A DNA stretch of 64,000 nt. Origin: Chiloscyllium plagiosum (taxonomy: Eukaryota). The stretch covers positions 55,090,956-55,154,955 of the forward strand of contig NC_057719.1 in assembly GCF_004010195.1 (NCBI RefSeq), given 5' to 3'. Each line of letters opens with the position of its first letter. The first letter of the stretch is position 1. The notes under the pieces are model-generated. The model did not search any database. It saw only the letters and a list, made by a program, of their open reading frames with translations, and was not told the DNA's origin. Of this stretch, positions 38,720 to 52,082 are shown piece after piece. A program made the translations under genes and the position numbers.

Positions 38720-39135
38720 CATTCATTTGTAAGATGTAGGCATTACAATCTGACCCAGCCTTCATTCTCTGTCCTAACTTTCCCTGGAGCAGGTGACAAT
38801 GAGCTACCTTTTTGAACCACTGTAGTCTAGCTCGTGTAGGTACACCCATAATGTTGTCAGGAAGAAATTTCCAGGATTTGACGCAACAAAAGTGAAAGAA
38901 TGCTTATATTAATCGAAGTCAGGATGGTTGAAGGGAAACTTATAGGTTGCATGTTGCATGTTCCCATGTATTTGTTGCCTTTCTGTTCTAGGTAGTAAAT
39001 GTTGCCAGGTTTGGAGGTTGCTGTATAACAGGCCTTGCTGAGTGATCATGTAGATATTACACATTGCTGCCTTTGTGCATCAGTGATTGAGCAAGTGAAT
39101 GTTGAAGGTGCCTACATCCTATAAATGAAAAAAAA
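38720..39135 (-). mobile_element. CR1-like 3' end (second family), degenerate
   Basis: cattcattt...tttgaaccactgtagtc...ttccaggattt; reverse complement of the family at 36830-37335. Confidence 0.7.
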
Positions 39136-39349
39136 CATTGTATTCCTTTGTCTAATTGGATTCTGGTCAGGTTATTCACTTTTATTAATTCTGATGAAAG
39201 TGCTGTTATTACTCAGGGCATGGCTAAATACTTTTGTGATGTGAAGGGAAGAATGACGAGGATATAGTAAAGACCAGATTAGAAAATCTTCATTTCAGAC
39301 ATAATAGAATCCTCTGAATGCACCTGAGGGCTTATAGTCAGGCTGATAT

Positions 39350-39692
39350 GGGGCAGCACTGCAGCCTCACAGAGTCAGGGGCCTGGGTTTGATTCCAGCC
39401 TCAGGTGACTGTGGAGTTTTCATAATCTCCCTGTGTCTGTGTGGGTTTCCTCCAGGTGCTCTGGTTTCCTCTCACAGTCTAAAGATGTGCAAGTTAGGTG
39501 GATTAGCCATGCTAAAATGCCCATAGTGTACAGGTTAGGTGGATTAGCCATGCTAAATTGCCCATAGTATGCAGATTAGGTGGATTAGCCATGGGAAATA
39601 CAGGGATAGAGTGGATCTGGGTGGCTCTTCAGAGGTTCTGTGTACACTTGGTGGGCCAAAGGGCCTGTTTCCACACCATAGGGATTCTATGA
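39350..39692 (+). mobile_element. HE1-type SINE with internal ~41-bp tandem duplication
   Basis: ttaggtggattagccatg occurs three times in 39494-39592. Confidence 0.85.
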
Positions 39693-39739
39693 CATTTATG
39701 ATAATGATCTTGTGTGTATTTCTCTGAAGAGCTGTGCCT

Positions 39740-42290
39740 CTGTTGCCTTTGTGCATTCAATGTTAGAGGGAGTGAGTGTTACAAAGAGTTCATTTATGTG
39801 GGTTGCTTTGCCCTGGATGGTGCATTGCTCTTTGAGTATTGTTGGAGCTGCACCCATCCAGGTAAGTTGAGTGTATTCCATCACACTCTTGACTTGTCCC
39901 TTAGGTGGTAGACAGGCTTTGAGAAGTCAGGAGGTAAATGACTCACCACTGAATTCCTAATTTCTCACCTTCTGTTGTAGGTACGGTATTTACAAGGCTA
40001 GTTCAGTTCAGTTTCTGGTCAATGATAATCTGCAGGATGTTGATAGTGGAGAATTCAACAACCATAATGCCTTCGAATGTCAAGGGGTGATGTTTGGATG
40101 CTTGCTTGTTGGAGATTGTCTTTATTTGTCCATTTGTGACATGGATGTCACTTGCAACTCAGCAGTCCAAGCCTGAATATTATCCAGGTCTTGCAGCATA
40201 TGGACTGCTTTATATCCGAGGATTCACAAATGGTTTAAAATGTTGTGCAGCCATCAGTAAACATCCCCATTTCTGACCTTATGATGGAGGGAAGGTCATT
40301 GATGAAGCCACTGAAGTTAGCTGGGCATAGAACACAATTCTAACTATCCTTTCACTGTGATCCTGTTGCTAGAGTCTTTGATGTTCAACAGCCACAACCA
40401 TCTTCCTTTGTGCAGAGTATCTTTGCTTCTACTAGCAGAACATTTGCCCTCATTCCCATTATCTCCTTTTGTGCTTGAGCTCCTTGATGCCATATATTGT
40501 AAAATGCTGATTTGAATCAGTCATCTCAGCTCCTGGACACTTCTGCAGGAATTCCCCAAGGCAGTATCCTAGGCCCAACCATCTTCAACTGCTTCATCTA
40601 TGACCTTCCCTCCATCATAAGGTCAGAAGTTGGGATGTTCACTGATTGTTCAGTGCTCAGTATCATTCACTACACCTCAGATACTGAAGCAGTCCATGTT
40701 CAAATGCAGCAAGACTTGGACAATACCCAGGTTCGGGCTGAGAAGTGGCAATTAATATTTGTAACACACAAATGTCAGGCAATGACAATCTCCAATAAGA
40801 GACAATACAACCATATGTGAATATGTCTGTCCCTTCAAGATTCATTTTTTGCAGAAAACCAGTTAATATGTTTGGTAAGGCAAATCAGGTCAGGATTTGT
40901 ACACTTAATGATAAGGTCCTGGGGTGTGTTGCCAAATAAAGAGGCCTTGGGGTGCAGGTTCATATTTCCTTGAAAGTGGAGTCACAGGTAGACAGGGTAA
41001 CAAAGAAAGCATCTGGTATGCTTGCCTTTATTGATCAGGACATTGATTATAGGAGTCCTGTTGCAGCTATACAAGATATTAGTTAGACCACATTAGGAAT
41101 ACTGCATTCAATTCTGATCTCCCTGCTGTAGGATGGATGCTGTGAAATTTGAAAGAGTTCAGAAAAGACTTCCAAGGATATTGCTAGGTTTTGAGGGTTT
41201 AAGCTTTGAGATAGGCTGAATTGGTTGAGGCTATTTTCCCTGGAGCGTCAGAGACAAAGAGGTAAATTATACAAGTTTATAAATCATGAGGAGCATGGAT
41301 AGGGTGAATAGCCAAGGGTATTCACTAGGGTAGAGGAGTCCAAAGTAAGGGGGTATAGTTTAAAGTTGAGAGGGGAAAGATTTAAAAGGGGCCTAAGGGG
41401 CAATATATTCACGTAAAGGGTTGTGCGTGTATGAAATGAGTTGCCAGAAGAAGTGGTGGAAGCTGGTACAATTACAACATTTAAAAGGCATCTGGATGGA
41501 TATATGACTAGGAAGGGTTTAAAGTGAGATGGGCCATATGCTGGCAAATAGGACTAGATTAATTTAGGATAACTGGTTGGCATGGACAAGTTGACTAAAA
41601 GGTCTGTTTCCATGCTGTACATCTCTATGACAAGGTTATCACTTTCACTTATGTCTTGAGTTCAGCTCTTCTGTCCATGTTTGAATTGAGACTTTAACCA
41701 GAGTCAGTGAACAGGTTATTGTTGCATCAGTCAATGATAGCTTCCATCATTTTGCTGATGACTGAGAGTAAACTAATGGGACAGTAACTGGCCACGTTGG
41801 ATTTATCCTACTTACAGTGGATAGATATACCAGGTCAATTTTCTGTATTTCCAGGTATATGTCAGTATTGTAACCATTTGAACAGCTCGGCTTGGGGTCA
41901 GCAAGTTCTGGAGTACAAGTATTCAATAGTTTTTCTGGCATGTTGTCATGTCTCAGAGACTTTGCAACATCCAATGCCTTCAGCTATTCCTTGATATCAT
42001 GAGATGTGTAATTGGCCTAAGGCTGGCATCAGTAATGCTAGAACCTCTGGAGAAGGCTGAGATGGAAAATCCATTTGATACTTCTGCCTGAAGCTGCTTG
42101 TAACGGCTGCAGCCTTGTCTTTTGCACAGATTTGCTGGGGTGCACAACACAGGAAGGAGATATTTGTGGAGCTGCCTCTTCTATTCCCAGCTGGATATGG
42201 CAGGACTGATTGTGGCATTGCTTAGCTCTATCCATTGCATGCTGCTTGCACTGCTTGGCATGCCTATAATCTCATGTACCTTCAGAAGAT
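39740..42290. mobile_element. Cluster of CR1 fragments in both orientations
   Basis: 40520-40810 (+) GIPQGSILGPTIFNCFIYDLP...AEKWQ; 40870-41630 (+) CR1 RT end and 3' UTR; 39740-40500 and 41630-42290 (-) ORF2 remnants. Confidence 0.8.
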
Positions 42291-43084
42291 TTACTACAAC
42301 CAATCTTCACTCGGTGCTCACCATAAGGGCTCCTCTTGGCTCTGTCTGCCTCAGAGACATTTGCTGTAGCCATTACCACCACCTTTATAATTCCATTAGT
42401 TGCTCAGCTGCAGAAAACTGGAGTAATTAGGTCACCCTGACCCTATGATGAGTTTATAGATTTTTCTATCTGGTCTTTAAGGACATTGGTAGTTTGTTTC
42501 GATAGGTGAATGCAGATGTAGTTCTGGTGGTGGTTTGAGGTGACAGTTATAAATAAGAAGCTTACTAAATTATACAATGTTAAATCTTCCCAATAATGAG
42601 GGCACTCTGGAGATGTTCCCAAGATTTTAATCAAGAATACTATCAAAAAGGCAATAAAATGATCAGCCGATTCAATCCTTTGGTTTCATATTAATGTGTA
42701 AAGTTAAAATTGCTTTTGCCTTTCCTCTTTCCATTGTGATTACAATGCAAAAATGCCCCATTTTACCAATAATATAAAGATTACAGCAATCAGTACTTCA
42801 TTGATTTTTGCATTCTATCTCAGCACCTTCATCTTAATTACTTAGTCAGTCCTCACATTCATTTCCAATCATCATTCAATGGATATTTTTCTCCCCAAAA
42901 AAGTAGTTTACTAGCAACTTTTGCATCTGTCCTAAATTCAAGATTTTATGAAGCTTTTGAGGTAAGACAGAGAAGATCAAATTGCACAGCACGTGAAAAT
43001 GTGCATTTAGTATTTGCCCATAGACTGCACCATAGCTAAGTAAGCAACTCCATGCTACTGCTCACTTCCATGGTTTTCCTATAC

Positions 43085-43654
43085 TGTTATGGATCAGGCT
43101 AGACCCCCTCAAAATATTTTAAGAAGGTAGCCTAGACCCTAATGTTTTTCTTATTTTAAAGGCAGATGTGTAGTGGATGTTTCAGGTGTGATGCAGCTGG
43201 TCAAACCACTCAGCTTTAAGCAAAACAGAATTTATTTAAATACTGCAGTTGAAACGTGAACAAAAGAAAGTGGAATTTAGAAGAATTCAACTTTGCAAAC
43301 TTAACCGACCTGATAGAGTAACTGTGACTAATTAACTGTTGCAATACAGTATCATTCCATAAACACACCCCTTGGCAAAAAGGTAAATTCAAACACAGGT
43401 TCTTACAGGCAGGAGGGAACAACATCTAGAGAGAGATTTCAGAAGAAAGTCAGAGGAATTCTTTATTGAAGCTTGCTACTCCCATGGACTCACACGTCTT
43501 GTGACTGCTACAGCTAAAACAAGCTAGAAAAAACCTGAACTGGGAGAACTGGCCACTCTCTTCTATTATTGAACTAGATTCTTTAGAATCTCTGCCTTTA
43601 CCACCTCTCCCAAAAAAAACAAAATAACCTTCTTAAAGTGACAGCATCATCACA
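43085..43654. mobile_element. Solo LTR with 4-bp TSD
   Basis: TGTTATG...CATCACA termini; atac at 43081-43084 and 43655-43658. Confidence 0.8.
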
Positions 43655-43929
43655 ATACCTAATACTCTTTTTCTCATCCCATAGCTCCAACAAAACTCAA
43701 TCTCTTCCGGTATACAAGATACAGATACTGTGAGCAAGCAATTCTTCCTTTCATTTTCCCTCACATCAAGCCACACTGTGTCCCTTTTCCCTTTCAGACA
43801 TTCAGGAATATCAGGGCAATCAGGAACAGCACAAAGAAAGTGAAGATGAAGGGTCATTGCAATTTGATTTCACAATCACAGTCACTGTCTCAGAAATACA
43901 TATTAGGTATAACAGAAAGAAAGAGAAAT

Positions 43930-44357
43930 CTGCAGTTATGTGACAGCTTTAATGACCTCGAAACATTGAAAAGTATGTTACAGCGAGGTGTACTTTTGAA
44001 GTTTGTTGGAATGCAATCAATTTTCACATCGTACACTTCTAAAATCAGCAATGTGATAATCACCAGATAATCTGTTTTATATGATATTGATTAAGGGATC
44101 AATATTAATTGAACACAAGAAATAATTCCCCTCTTCTTGTTTAAAATGGTGTCACAGGATCTTGTAGATCCACCTGAGAGGGCAGGCACAGCCTTTATTT
44201 AACATTATATCTGAAAGAGAACGTCACCCACAATGCATAACTCTCCAACAATCAACTATCAGCCTGGACTTTTGAGCTCAAGTCCTGTAGTGGAATTTAA
44301 ACCACCAATCTTCTGACAAAGAGGCAAGAATATTACTGACAGAACCATGGCTGACAC
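43930..44357 (-). mobile_element. DeuSINE-type (SacSINE1/AmnSINE1-like) ancient SINE
   Basis: atccacctgagagggcagg...tttaacattatatctgaaaga resembles the Deu domain as I recall it; tRNA-like head end ...gaaccatggctgacac. A related fragment lies at ~22450-22690. Confidence 0.65.
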
Positions 44358-46569
44358 GAGAGAGCAGGGCAGAGTCAGGATCTACTCCCTGCATACTACT
44401 TAAACTTTAAGAAATATTTTAAAAAGTATAAATTTATAGCAACAACTGTGGAGAAGTATTCCAGCAACCAACTTGTAAAGTGTTAATCATTGCTTTAAAT
44501 AGCATGTAATTAATAGCAATAAATCCTTGTTTAATGACATGCTTAATTCAGTGAGGTTAAGAGAGAATCCAGATTGGGGTGTGGAACTCCAAATCAACAG
44601 CAGTGCCATTAACGGTGTATTAGAGTCTGACTGGCATCATCTGCCAGCTCTGCATAACAGTAATAGCTATTAGATAAACACACACAAGTGCATTAGCTGG
44701 CATTTGAGTCACTTCCGGCTGGAAGAGTGCTTATGTATTAAAGATGCCATGCTTGTAGTTCAAGAGGTCTCATTGTGCCCAATAAGCAGAAGTTACAGAC
44801 CCCAATTTCATCCTTGGAATCCAGTTGTGAAAAGTGTACTTTGCTTAATAAAGTTAATAGTTTCAATGAGGCCATGTACATTCAGCAATCAGCAAGCAGC
44901 AAGGGCACCTGACCTTTCCCAAAGAGTACTTGACCCTCCTCAAAGGTCTTAGAACTGTATCCAAAAGAGTATCTACTTCTCGTCTCCAAAAGGGCATCCT
45001 GATTATTCAAACTTATCTACAAAATTGAGACCTACCAGGTCTAATCTGTGTCCATTGCATTTTAGACTCTTCGGACAACAAAATCAGAGGTAAGTGGAAG
45101 GAGCTGCAAATTTCACTGGACAGCAATCTCAGTGAAACATCTTTGTACAAAACACAACCCAATTCAGATCCCGTCTCTGTGAGAATGGTAGTGCCATGTT
45201 TAAGGGCACCACTTCCGTTTATGTTCGTGTCTGCCATTTTTGCAATAAATGAGATGCTCTTCTTCATTGAGGGCATTAAGGCCTTAGGCTGTTGCTTATC
45301 AATTTGATGTATAAAGCTTCTCCATTTTTATATTCAAATTAAAGTGAAGAACCTGAGGTCAGTTGTATATCAGACCTTAAAAAAATATTTTACTAATGTG
45401 TGAAATGGTTGTGGCGACTTCAATTTACATGGCCCTTGGACAGAATGGAATCATCAGCCCACTCAGCTTTTCTGCTCAATTTGTTTTCTCCATATTGAAA
45501 ATGCTGTACATCATTGTCTGATCTGTAAAATGAGACTTCAAAATCAAATGAATCATCACTGTCCAGTAGATGATTTTAAAAAGGTTACGTTTGCATGTTT
45601 CTGATGACCTAATCCATCAATCCTGTTTATATGAAGATGGAACAGCCTAATTGATTGTCATAAGGTGAAAAGAGAAGTATTGCTCTTCTTTATTCTGCTA
45701 ACAGATGAAGCATAAGGAAAGTCTGTAAGATAGGGTTCACACCATCAAGTAGTTCCATATCTGTTCTGGCTACAATGCAATCTTCTTCCATTTCATTCAC
45801 TCCTACTTCACTGCATAGCTAATTGCATAGATTTGTGTAAGTTAATGCTCCAGACTTGGACTAAATTAAGCTAAAATTTAGTTTACACTGGTCCAGACTC
45901 TACATTATTAGGAGAGTTAGTCAAAGTGTTCCAAATCTAATTCCCTTTGTTTCCAAGGAGATGTAAGTCAAAGAGAATCAAGTGAAATCTATTTTTTGAT
46001 CTTCTACTATTTAATTTGACATTTTTCGTGAATCTAATTCATGACTTTTGTCTTAAATTACATAATTGGATTATTTTTTTGTTCTATCTGAATGCTATAA
46101 GAACACAAGAGGTCCCCAGTGAGCTAATTACAGTACTAAGGATCTCTGATTCTAGATATCATTCCTTTAATTCACCCCTCGGTTGACAGAGAACAAGTAC
46201 TTGCTTATAATAATGGCGTCTGGTACTGGACATGTGATAAATATCTGGTGAAGCTACACAACTACCACTATTAAGAAGGCCTTTGTGATGCAATTAGCTA
46301 AATGCCTAACGGCTAAAAAGAAGAGGAAGTTTCAGCTGGCTTGCACTTGAATATATCATATCGATAGTCTAATGAATAGTGTTGAGAGGAGGGTAAGGCT
46401 AATATTATTTAGCACCTGTCTGTTGGAAGTATTTTCTCTGGGTCTTTCTGTAGCATAATTAAAAAGAAACTCCCAATCTATTAAAATCTGCCATTTTCTC
46501 ATAGATTTATAAATGCATTATGCTGGATTATGACCTGAGGGAATCCATTAACTTCTGAAAAGAATTTTG

Positions 46570-48060
46570 AACTCACTTAACTTCTCTGTTGTGACACCCC
46601 CATCAGCCACCAGTGCCCATGGTCTGCCACTTTCACTATTACATGCAATACCTTCCTTCACTTGCTCTCAGTCCCTCCTTAACCTCCCAAATCAGAAACC
46701 CTTCAGGCCCACTCGCAGCCTACTGACTCATCCAAGACATCTCACTATCCTTCCTCCATCTGCACCAGCACTAACAGCTGTGCCACCCACTGTCACCTCA
46801 CTCGATCATTCCCTTTCTCTCATTGCGGGAGAAGACAGCCACAGCAGTGCAGGAAGGGCCAAGGTGGGTGGAGGGCTTCCCAACATCAGGGTCCTCATCC
46901 TGTTCCTTAAGGAAAATACTGGGACCAGTCCTCTGAGCATACCTAGATATCCAACCAAGTAAGTACCACTCTTAATTCCAATGCAACTCTCACATTAACT
47001 TTGGGGGGGTCAATGGCATTCATTGAACATCACTGCTAATCATTGGCCACAATACCTTCTCTCTATTGGATGTTGCAGATAACCAGCAAGGAAATAGATA
47101 GCTTTCCCTGAAGCCATCCCCTTGGTCTCTAAGGATAACAGTACCACAGTTTTAGAGGCTGTATCGGCACTCTGTCCATGAGATCCTATATTAAAACTTC
47201 AGGGGGAATGTTAGGAGAGTGTGGGAGTACAAGCCGGTAAGAACCTCACTACGACTGCTCCACAGCTGGCTGAGGAAGATACCCTGAAGCCGCTGTCACT
47301 CGGAGGGCTGCCAGAGACCAGATATCTGCTCAGGCCCAGGCAGGAGAGGATCCTGTGGTATCAGCAATCAGGAAGGAACAGGAGCCGCAGACAGGGATAT
47401 CATTGCCAAAAGCTGCAGCAATGTAACTCCTCATGTGACTGCCTTTCTGCCTCCCTGAACAGATTGGCAGTTGCCACTGGAGAGCCAGGCCCTACACTCT
47501 CAGAGTCTGCTGGAGAGGAGCACACAACTGCACTCCATCTCTCCAGCTATTGGTCCTCAGCACCACTGCCTCATGGTGATGGGAGGATGGAGACTGTTAA
47601 CCTCAGAACAGGTGTCCCTTCATCACAAGAAAACTGACTGGTGCAAATAATCACCCAACAAAAGGAGGAACCACACTCAGGCCCTTCAGTGTCCCCTCTC
47701 AGGACACTATAGAGATGGCCTTGTCCTCCACCTCTACTCTGCTTGTCCCAGACACGGAGAAATTCACCTGCTCTGACAAGAAGATCCCCAGCATATCTGA
47801 GCCGTCCAGATGTAAATGCCCCCACGGTTGCCTGATCAAAACTCCAAGGCCAACATTCCACTGTCAAGAAGGCTCCCTCCACCCAAAATTTGGAAGAAGA
47901 GGCTACACTGAGTCATAGTGGGAAGGACAGAAAGTAAAGAAAATCCTCTTCAGTAGCATGGGTGAAATTGCACTGTATATGAAGACATACCCACCACTAG
48001 TGAGACATAATGGGAGGGAGGAAAAGAAAATAAGTGCCTGTGGACTCTTTTGTGGCATAT
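46570..48060 (+). mobile_element. Decayed Harbinger-type Myb/SANT gene region, paralog of 4700-5900
   Basis: EDSHSSAGRAKVGGGLPNIRVL; TAPQLAEED here versus TAPQLAEEG at ~5167; shared gcagcaatgtaactcctcatgtgactg and gggagggaggaaaagaaaa segments. Confidence 0.6.
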
Positions 48061-49249
48061 GTGGCATTGCACTGTAGCTGAATCATGTTATTATTATGAA
48101 GTGGTTGTTATTTTGTTCTACACCTGCATGTTTAAGTGTCTATCTAGCCCTGAATGTGCCTGTGACCAATTACCCCAGGTAAAGTCAGAATAATTCCTCT
48201 AAACATTACCTAATTTTGAACTCCAGCAAAATGGAAAGTGACAGCAAACATTTTTTCAGCCAATGGTCTCAGTCTCTACCTCACAATGAAGCTCTCTTAC
48301 ATTCAGATCCCCTTCCTCATTGCTCTTTCCATGAACCCCATAATCTTTTTACTATCCAAAGCGTCCACTGTCTATATGAGCCTGCCCAACAATACACTCC
48401 ATTCCCCCATTACATGCCATATAAGGTGACCATATCAGCCTGCAGCCCCTCAGTCACTATGAATAGGCTCTTCAGGTTCATTCTAAACTGGGCGCTGTTG
48501 CCCATAGGCTTCAGCCAACTATTCTCCTTTCCCCTTAGCTTCTGCAGATGGACCTGACCAAATGGCCACAGCACACTGCTTTGAGCGACCTAACTGGACA
48601 GTCCCAGAGATGTCCAGATGCCTGATTGCTGTTGAGGTCAATCTCCCTGAGTGTATTAGCCCTAAAGCCCAGACTAGCCATGATGGAGGCACATGACTGA
48701 CTGTGACTGACTTCCTGCACCGCAGAGGCATAGAGCCCTCTGACTGAGAACACTCTGAAACGATCATGACCAATCCCTTGGACTGATGTGGGAGCGCATT
48801 TTGTAAGATAGAAAGCTGAAAGTTAATTAGCTGAGTTACAGCATTAATGAGGTGTTTAACAAGCTATGATCCCCATTAATTGGCAATTTGCTGTTGTCTG
48901 GAGAAAATCTTGCCATGCATTGTAGAAACAATGAGATGCTTCTAATGTTGAAATAAGCATCTCCAGGCTTCTCTTGTGATGGTATTTTTCAACTTGCTCT
49001 CGTCCCCATCATTCATACCCTTATAAGATGTCAAAGGCTGTGACCCTCACTTCTTCCTTGAAGTTCAGCTCTTTGAGCCATGTCTTTTACTAAATCAGGA
49101 ACTGAGTGGCTCTGGCAGAATCCAAACTGATTGTCAATGTACAGGGTATTACTGAGTAACTACCATTTGATAACATTATTATCGACACCTTCTAACACTT
49201 TGCTCGTGGTTGAGAGTAGACTGGTAGGCTAATAACTGACTGGGATGGA

Positions 49250-49387
49250 AAGTGAGGACTGCAGATGCTGAAGATCAAAATCAAAAAGTGTGGTGCATTG
49301 CTAATGAAGGGCTTATGACCAAATCGTCGACTCCCCTGCCCCTCAGATACTGCTTGACGTGCTGTGCTCTTCCAGCACCACACGTTT
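49250..49387. mobile_element. Mini Penelope-like insertion, 13-bp TSD
   Basis: tgactgggatgga at 49237-49249 and 49388-49400. Confidence 0.8.
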
Positions 49388-49479
49388 TGACTGGGATGGA
49401 TTTGTCTTGCTTTATGTGGACAGAACATGCATTTCCACATTATCAGGTAGATTCCGTGTTGAAGCTGCACAGGAACAGC

Positions 49480-49958
49480 GCAGCAGGTCAGGCAGCATCA
49501 AAGGAGAAGGAGAATCGATGTTTTGGGCATAAGCCCTTCTTCAGGAATGAGGAGGGTGTGCCAAGCAGGCTAAGATAAAAGATAGGGAGGAGGGACTTGG
49601 GGGAGGGGCATTGGGAATGCGATAGGTGGAAGGAGGTTAAGGTGAGGGTGATAGGTCGGAGAGGGGGTAGGGGCGGAGAGGTCGGGAAGAAGATTGCAGG
49701 TCAAGAAGGCGGTGCTGAGTCCGAGGGTTGGGACTGAGAAAAGGTGGGGGGAGGGGAAATGAGGAAGCTGGAGAAATCCGCATTCATTCCCTGTGACTGG
49801 AGGGTTCCTGCTTGGCACACCCTCCTCATTCCTGAAGAAGGGCTTATGCCCAAAACGTCGATTCTCCTTCTCCTTTGATGCTGCCTGACCTGCTGCGCTT
49901 TTCCAGCAACACATTTTTAAGCTCTGATCTCCAGCATCTGCAGTCCTCACTTTCTCCT
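49480..49958. mobile_element. Inverted Penelope-like insertion, 17-bp TSD, young
   Basis: agctgcacaggaacagc at 49463-49479 and 49959-49975. 49480-49568 is the reverse complement of 49807-49897. Confidence 0.9.
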
Positions 49959-51611
49959 AGCTGCACAGGAACAGCTTGGATAGGTGTCAGCTAATTCTGG
50001 AGCTCAAGGGTTCAGTACTTTTGCTGGAATACTGTTGGGACCAATTGCTTTTGTGGTATCCAGTACCTGCAAATATGTCTTGATACAATGTGGACTGAAT
50101 TGAAATGGCTGAAGTCTAGCATTTGTAATGCCAGGGATCTTTGAGGAGTGTGGGACCAGGCTTTGCACCTCTAGCTGGGGATGCTGGTGAAACCTTCAGC
50201 CTTGCCTTTTGTGCTGATGTGCTGGCTTCCCCAATATGGAGGATGGGGATATGTATGGAGCCTCCTCCTCCTCCAATGAATCATTTAATTATCCACCCAC
50301 CATTCATGATTGGATGTGACAATACTGCACAGCTTAGATCTATCCTTTAGTCGTTGAATCACTTAACCTCTGCTATCACAAGCAGCTTATGTTGTTTAGC
50401 ATGCAAGTAGTTCTGGCCTGTGGCTTCACAAGGTGGATGTAATTACTGTCAGCTTATTACCCTGGAACAATCTTCTGATGATGTCAAGGAGCTGCTAATC
50501 ACTGGACTCAAATAGTACAGTGTGGGCAGAGTTAGCTAGAATCATAGACCACAAGATTCCTTTGTGTGAGATTGATAGAAATTGTACTTGGGGAGAGAAG
50601 TTCTTGAGAAAATAGTCTTAGTAAATTAGCAGTAAGGTTAGAGTCTGGTGTATCTCAGATTACCATCAATAATAATGTTTAGCTTTAAAAGACAATAAAT
50701 TTAGTTCTGAAGAAGCCTAAGCCTGAAGACAGTCCTTGACTTTGCCTTCTCATCATCCAGACTGCCTTGAAACCAAATTCTCATGCGTTGGCGGAAAACC
50801 ACATGAGAAAAGAGTCGACATCTGATTTTCAAGCAAACCTGGTCCTGGCATGTCCTCTTCTGCTCATCATGGAATCAGGACTGACTCCTTGGTTCATGGT
50901 AATGGTAGAGAGGGAGATTGTCAGGCCATGAGGATATGGACTGTGGTTGAATATCATTCTGCTTCTACTGATAGCACACAGAGCTATTTGAAATCTAACC
51001 AATTCAGCATAATGACAATGCCACACAATGGAGGATATCCTCATAGTAAACGTGTGGCAGCTTCCTTTCCAGTTTGTTAACTGGCTATCATCAGGGATAA
51101 GGTCATGCTGAGCATTGCCTCTTGTCAATTTCCTTAGGCACTGAGACATGGAACAGTTGTGCCACTTCGTGTGTTTCAAATTTAGGATCACTTGATTCAA
51201 GTTTCTAATTAAATGAGATTTCCTCTTCGCACACATCCTGTTTTTTTTTCCTGAGACAAACTGCCTTCCTTCATCAAAACAGTCCAGAAGTCGGAAGGTA
51301 TAATATTCCATTGAACTTTTATCTGTTAACTATTGCATCTACTTATAAATATTCAGTCTGAACAATGAATTATGTGAAAGAAAAGTTGAACATTGAGGAT
51401 CACAAACCATATAATAAATCAGAATTTCTGTTATTCTTCTTAAAGTTGTCTTAAACAAAGTGATGATAAAAGAAGTGGTTGTTAATACATTGGGTTGAAA
51501 TTTAGATATAAAAGCTGACTGGGAAAGCAAGAAACAAATGTTTAGAATGTAACTGTGTCTAGCATGAGTGAAAGGTTAAATATAAACAACATTGAAATGC
51601 TGCCATCTGTC

Positions 51612-51940
51612 TTTTTTTTATTCATTCACAGGATAAGGGCATTACAGGCTAGGCAGCATTTATTACCTATCCCTATCTACCTAGAGAGTTTCAAGCCCTA
51701 TCTACCTAGAGAGCTTTAAGAGACAACCACATCACTGTGGGTCTGGAGTCACAAGTAGGCCACACCAGGTAAAGATGGCAGTTTCCTTCCCTAAAGGACA
51801 TTAGTGAACCAGATGGGTTTTTCAGACAATAAACAAATGGTTAATGGTTATCTTCAGACTCTTAATTACAGTTTTTTTTTTAACTGGATTTAAATTCCAC
51901 TATCTGCCATGGCAGGATTTGAACCCATTTGAACCCATGG
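51612..51940 (-). mobile_element. SINE sharing the 3' tail of the second CR1-like family
   Basis: ttttattcattcacagg...gggtctggagtcacaagtaggcc...ccctaaaggacattagtgaaccagatggg...ggatttgaaccc (B-box-like on minus strand). Confidence 0.7.
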
Positions 51941-52082
51941 CAGGGAAAAATGAGCAATATTTTTATGGTCTTTATTCAATGTTCTAGATAACAGGACAAG
52001 GATAAACTGTAAGTTGAGAAGAGTCATAAGTCATGCTCAAATCTCTTATTAAAACACAAAGATAAAGACTCTGTGGTCAATG

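Larger units (their letters stand above)
49040..51130 (-). mobile_element. Old CR1-like ORF2 fragments with two nested mini-Penelopes
   Basis: Similar to 41700-42290 (tgagagtagactggtaggctaataactgactggg; tagcatgcaagtagt). Confidence 0.65.
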
